Positions 59,687 to 64,000 of a stretch of 64,000 nt of DNA are shown here, one piece after another. The stretch covers positions 28,978,503 to 29,042,502 of the forward strand of contig CM120640.1 in the NCBI GenBank assembly GCA_051362555.1, written 5' to 3'. The position numbers and the translations under genes were made by a program. Source of the DNA: Lingula anatina. Its lineage: Eukaryota > Animalia > Brachiopoda. The number at the start of each line of letters is the position of its first letter. Position 1 is the first letter of the stretch. The notes below the pieces were generated by a model that saw only the letters and a list, made by a program, of their open reading frames with translations, had not been told where the DNA came from and did no database searches.

Positions 59687-62549
59687 CCCACTGCCAAACC
59701 CCTTATCCGCCATGGATTGTGAAGATCGTATCTTTAGATCCATGACATTCCCATGTCAGCTTTGTAGTCATTGGTTTGAATCAGATAGAGGACGCCTTTA
59801 TATAGGCCTATATATATATATACATACATGAAGGCCTATATGAATCTGTATACGTACCCTGTTAACTTGAGGATAATACATGGCTGCTTGATTGTTCCGT
59901 CAAACCGTATCCTGTAGATATTTTACCCTGTTCTGTTCCTTATTCTAGTGATTCATTTACTGTGCATAAAATAAACAACGAAACACCTTCATCTGGATAC
60001 ATTTTCACAACTAATAATACTTATACATTGCTCTTTTCAGCCGACGTTTTCTCTTTTATTATTGATAAGATAGTTGAACATGTGTTCGTAATGTGGACAG
60101 TGTATACTTATTAACCGTATATACCTGATGTCTCCTTTAAGTAAACAGGACAAACAAATTATATAAATAATATGTGTTAAAGAAACCCATGCTCTACAGT
60201 CATGGAACGTGCCTGTAGTTCCGTGTCACATATGTAGAAGAAATACATATGAATGATTTAAGTTTGCGTGAAACTCAAATAACGATTCGTGTGTGTGTGT
60301 TGAGATATTCGCCGACCAAAGTCCGCACACAACTGAATACTGCTGTAATAAATGAGACATTAAGAGCCCGCTTGTCACTGTATTATTCATAAAATACATG
60401 TAACAGGCATTCAATCATTTCGTCATGCATGCCACATATTGCTACTATGGACTTCACTTCTACAAAATATTTAATTCCATTAATTGTACTGAAAACACGC
60501 TGATCAATCAAAGGAAATATATCTAGTTTGGTATTTTATATATTGATTTTACAAAGATTTAATACAAAGATATTTAGTTAAACAAAGTTTGGAATTTTAG
60601 TAAACACAATAGGCCTACAACCGTACGCCACTGCCTGAGTCTGATACTTAATTAGACTAAAAACACTTATTTCCAATCTCAATCCTAAGAAAATATATGC
60701 ATTTTATTTTGGACCTATGCGTTCTGTTATTTTTGCTTATTGCTATTTAAAGTCGCTGAGATAACATATCACCGTCTTGGTCTTCATAAAAAAGAGAATT
60801 TTAAGAAACTACAAATGTACTTTTTTACCTTAGTGATTGAATCAATCAAAAGTAGGCCTAAATTACTATGTGCACACAGACTTTTAATGGGAATCTCTCG
60901 TACAGAGGAAAACTGCTGAACTGGTTAATCTATTTGTTGAACCCGTAGGCCCTATGTGTAATCTCTCGCGTTCTGTACGAATAGGAAGGGAAGAATCCAC
61001 CAAATAGACCAACCACGGACTGTTATAGAATGTAGTGCTGTGAGAAAAACTAGTGATTTTTTCCCCAATTTTCCTGACTTTTCTTGTGTGTGTCGCTAGC
61101 GTTAATTTTGGTGTCAACTAGCAGGCCAATGTGTAAACTACTGCCCATTTTTTTCAGGACTTGGCACAAGTGTCGTGCGCGTGGGACCTCTGGCGGAGGA
61201 AGCTACCGACTGTGAGCGGTGCAGTGGTTTGTTTACAAACACGAGGGGTGCACATGTTCAAGTACTGTCGATGTAACGTGACGGAGAGTCCCCCATGACA
61301 GAGAGCCCGTTTTCCTTTCATTTCGAGAGGTAAGCTTCGCCCTAAATTTTGGCCCACTTACATGTAGGTTAGGCTAAGCTCAACCATAATAAATAAATGG
61401 AGGGCGGACCCTTAGTTTCGTTACACGTGTAAGAAACGTAGCTTTGCAACAGCATATTTTGTGCCACTGGGAGTTACATGTAGGCCTATGTCCGTGTGTC
61501 TGCCGTCCATGGGGAAAGGGAAATGTTTTACAAAATTATTCTGTTGATGCAGTTTGCACGCATTTCTTAGTATGGCCGTCAATGGGAAATTATTTGGTGG
61601 TTTCTATCCCGAAGAACTCAAAATATACATGCGCTGTGACCTCCATATGACGTCAGCCGTGGGCGGCATTTCCATTGTGTTATAATAAGCTTGGGTTTTT
61701 TGCTGTGTGCTATTAATAACTAATCGGAATCCGTTAAAACCCGATAGAAGCCATGTTGCTTGAAAATAGTAACCCCATGGCAATGTTTCACAGCACAAAC
61801 AGTGACTTGAGGAAACAGTGTCACCTGGATTCTACCTCTGAGATAAACCACTGAAACCTGTACAAAACGACTAGAAAAATAGACACAAAGTAAGTATACC
61901 CGTGGATCAATCGTAAATGTAACAGGGTGTATCACGGCACAGCCAAATGTACGTTGTTCGCTATACATTGGGTATATATGAGGTTTGAATTAGAACTGCA
62001 TCGTGATGTTTTATACATGTCAAGTGGTCTTTGGATCTACAAAGCTCTACAGGTTAAAATAAGGCGATTTAGATTAATTTATGGCAATATACAGTTACAT
62101 TTAAGGCTCCGTTCTTCCACCCTCCCACACTTCGTTGACTACCCCCTCCATATTGCTCATCCCACCCCCATCATTTATAAACTGCCAGTGCTGCAAGGTG
62201 AATCACAGTATCGAAGCGTTATTTTGGAAGCATTAAATTGAAGTTAATCTCGGAGCAAAATGAATGTATAAAACAAATATATTGATAAATTTATGTAAAA
62301 AAAAATTAAGATATCCTCTTCCTCTTTCTCTCTAAAATAACATCAAAAGAAAACTAATTTTACTGAAGAGAAATGTAGGGATATGATAATATTAACTAGA
62401 AGAAAATGAGAACAGAATTGTCACTGTGAAAGAAATCCTGTACACATGTATATGTATATATCTATATTTACCCAAATCTGCACGCTTATCTTCATGTGCT
62501 TCTATATTAATTTTGTTATAAATATGTTTTAGGTGTTAGACGGACAACC

Positions 62550-63359
62550 ATGCAATTGAAAATTGAGAGACAACTAAAAAAATATGTGACTGATTGCGAA
62601 AGGACATTCGAAGAAGTTGAAAAAACAAAGGATGTCGCCGTCAAACGACTGAGGGAGCTGGCGGTCGAATTAGAAGACCAGCAGCGGAAATTGGACATCG
62701 CTAAGATCTCGGCTGCATCATCTGGTATATTTGGCGGCGGACTTGTCCTCACGGGCTTTGGGTTGGCTTTCTTTACATTTGGTACTTCGCTCGTGGTAAC
62801 AGCTGTGGGCACCGTCGTAGGAGGTACTTCGTTACTGACCAAGGCCGCGACAGATATCGCTGAGGCGGTGATTAACAGCAAAAAGATGAAAAAGGCGCAG
62901 GAAGCACTGCAAAAATACAAAGAATCTTTCACTTCAGCCTCAAAATCTATATCCAAACTAAAGAATTTTGTAGCAGATAATAAATTGGACACCCAATCCC
63001 TGGTGCATAATTTACTTGCTAGAGCTGGCCAGCTGTTAAAACACCCAGTTTCGTTATTGGCTCTTCGCGTAGTTTCTTCCACTGTGGTGGCAGGTAGCAG
63101 TGCGGTGATAACCATAAAGGAGGCTGTTTGTAAAGGATCAGTGACGGTGTCAGAAGCCGGGGGACCCTTGATTAAAACACTAACCACTGCACAGAAAATA
63201 GGTAAAGTGGCTGGGGCAACAGGTGCGGTTGTGGGCATAGCTTTTGATTTGAAGGATCTGATTGAAACGTCTATAAAACTGCACAAAAAGAAACATTCAG
63301 AGGTAGCGTGCCAAATACATGCCATGGCAAAGAGTTTGGAAACTTCTTATTCGGCGTAA
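62550..63359 (+). CDS. Apolipoprotein L family (ApoL/APOLD1-like) protein, 269 aa
   Basis: The core LRELAVELE...IAKISAASSGIFGGGLVLTGFGLAFFTFGTSLVVTAVGTVVGGTSLLTKAATDIAEAVI is the ApoL hydrophobic hairpin pattern. The C-terminal VVGIAFDLKDLIETSIKLH...SEVACQIHAMAKSLE resembles the ApoL C-terminal helix. A splice acceptor at ~62532 suggests an upstream exon. Confidence 0.8.
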   Translation: MQLKIERQLKKYVTDCERTFEEVEKTKDVAVKRLRELAVELEDQQRKLDIAKISAASSGIFGGGLVLTGFGLAFFTFGTSLVVTAVGTVVGGTSLLTKAATDIAEAVINSKKMKKAQEALQKYKESFTSASKSISKLKNFVADNKLDTQSLVHNLLARAGQLLKHPVSLLALRVVSSTVVAGSSAVITIKEAVCKGSVTVSEAGGPLIKTLTTAQKIGKVAGATGAVVGIAFDLKDLIETSIKLHKKKHSEVACQIHAMAKSLETSYSA

Positions 63360-64000
63360 AAATAAAACCAGCGGAGTGATGAAAAGTAACTGAAAATGTT
63401 TGAACTAGAGAAAAGTTGTAAAATCCAAAAATGCCTACATTGAACCTTAATAATTGCCAATGAGCATATTTTTTCGCTATCGTGAAATATACGGTCCCCA
63501 TAGATAACAGCTTTATTTGTAATATTTGTCATAGTATAACTTATGCAAACATTTATAATTTTGACAGTTATGCACTTTATTGATAATGCATGAATTTATG
63601 TATCGTTTATGATATTTTAAGCAATCAATACAATAAGCCTATGACACGTTTTTTCACTGAAACTAGTGAGACAATAATGACAGCCTCTCATGAAAATGCA
63701 CTTCATTCATTTATTTATCACTTTAAAACTGTTAAACATACATCTTAAAGGAAATTGTAACATGTATTGACATTTTTCTTAAAGATTCTTAGATCTCCCA
63801 TTTTGAAGATTGACAATTTAATAGTAAAGTGTGCTTTGGCATTTACAGACAGAAGTGCAGTTGCTGAGGGCAAGGGAGATTGCCTTCAAATATTTTTGAT
63901 ATATCACAGTTTACAAGTGCAATTAAGAGAAATTTTTGCATATTGAGAATTTTATATTTAATTCTGTGGTTACCTGTTGTACCAGTACCTATAATAAAAA

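Noticed and set aside
62516-63325. 269-aa ORF antisense to the ApoL-like gene
   Set aside because: It is an antisense shadow of the plus-strand gene, has no recognisable motifs, and the plus strand carries the family signature.

Overview
AT-rich, intron-containing animal genomic DNA. The repeat types and gene content suggest a lophotrochozoan, possibly a mollusc; this is an inference. From left to right the window holds: (1) the 5' eight coding exons of a PHF12 orthologue (minus strand, runs off the left edge); (2) a complete 5-exon LRRC47 gene (minus) whose second intron holds a ~3.7 kb Helentron/HINE-like element with a higher-order 146-bp satellite rich in perfect AGGTCA-A-AGGTCA (DR1) motifs; (3) a tandem array of five 5-exon paralogues (plus) encoding secretory-pathway proteins with a MOLO-1/TPM-like ectodomain and different C-termini (one probable GPI anchor, four single-pass TM with Cys clusters, several furin-type sites); (4) an alpha-1,3-fucosyltransferase (GT10, minus); (5) a decayed DIRS/PAT-like tyrosine-recombinase retrotransposon with recognisable split direct repeats; (6) an apolipoprotein-L-like ORF (plus). 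Several MITEs and foldback elements are also present. Exon boundaries were read by eye from GT-AG sites and frame continuity. No database searches were run.
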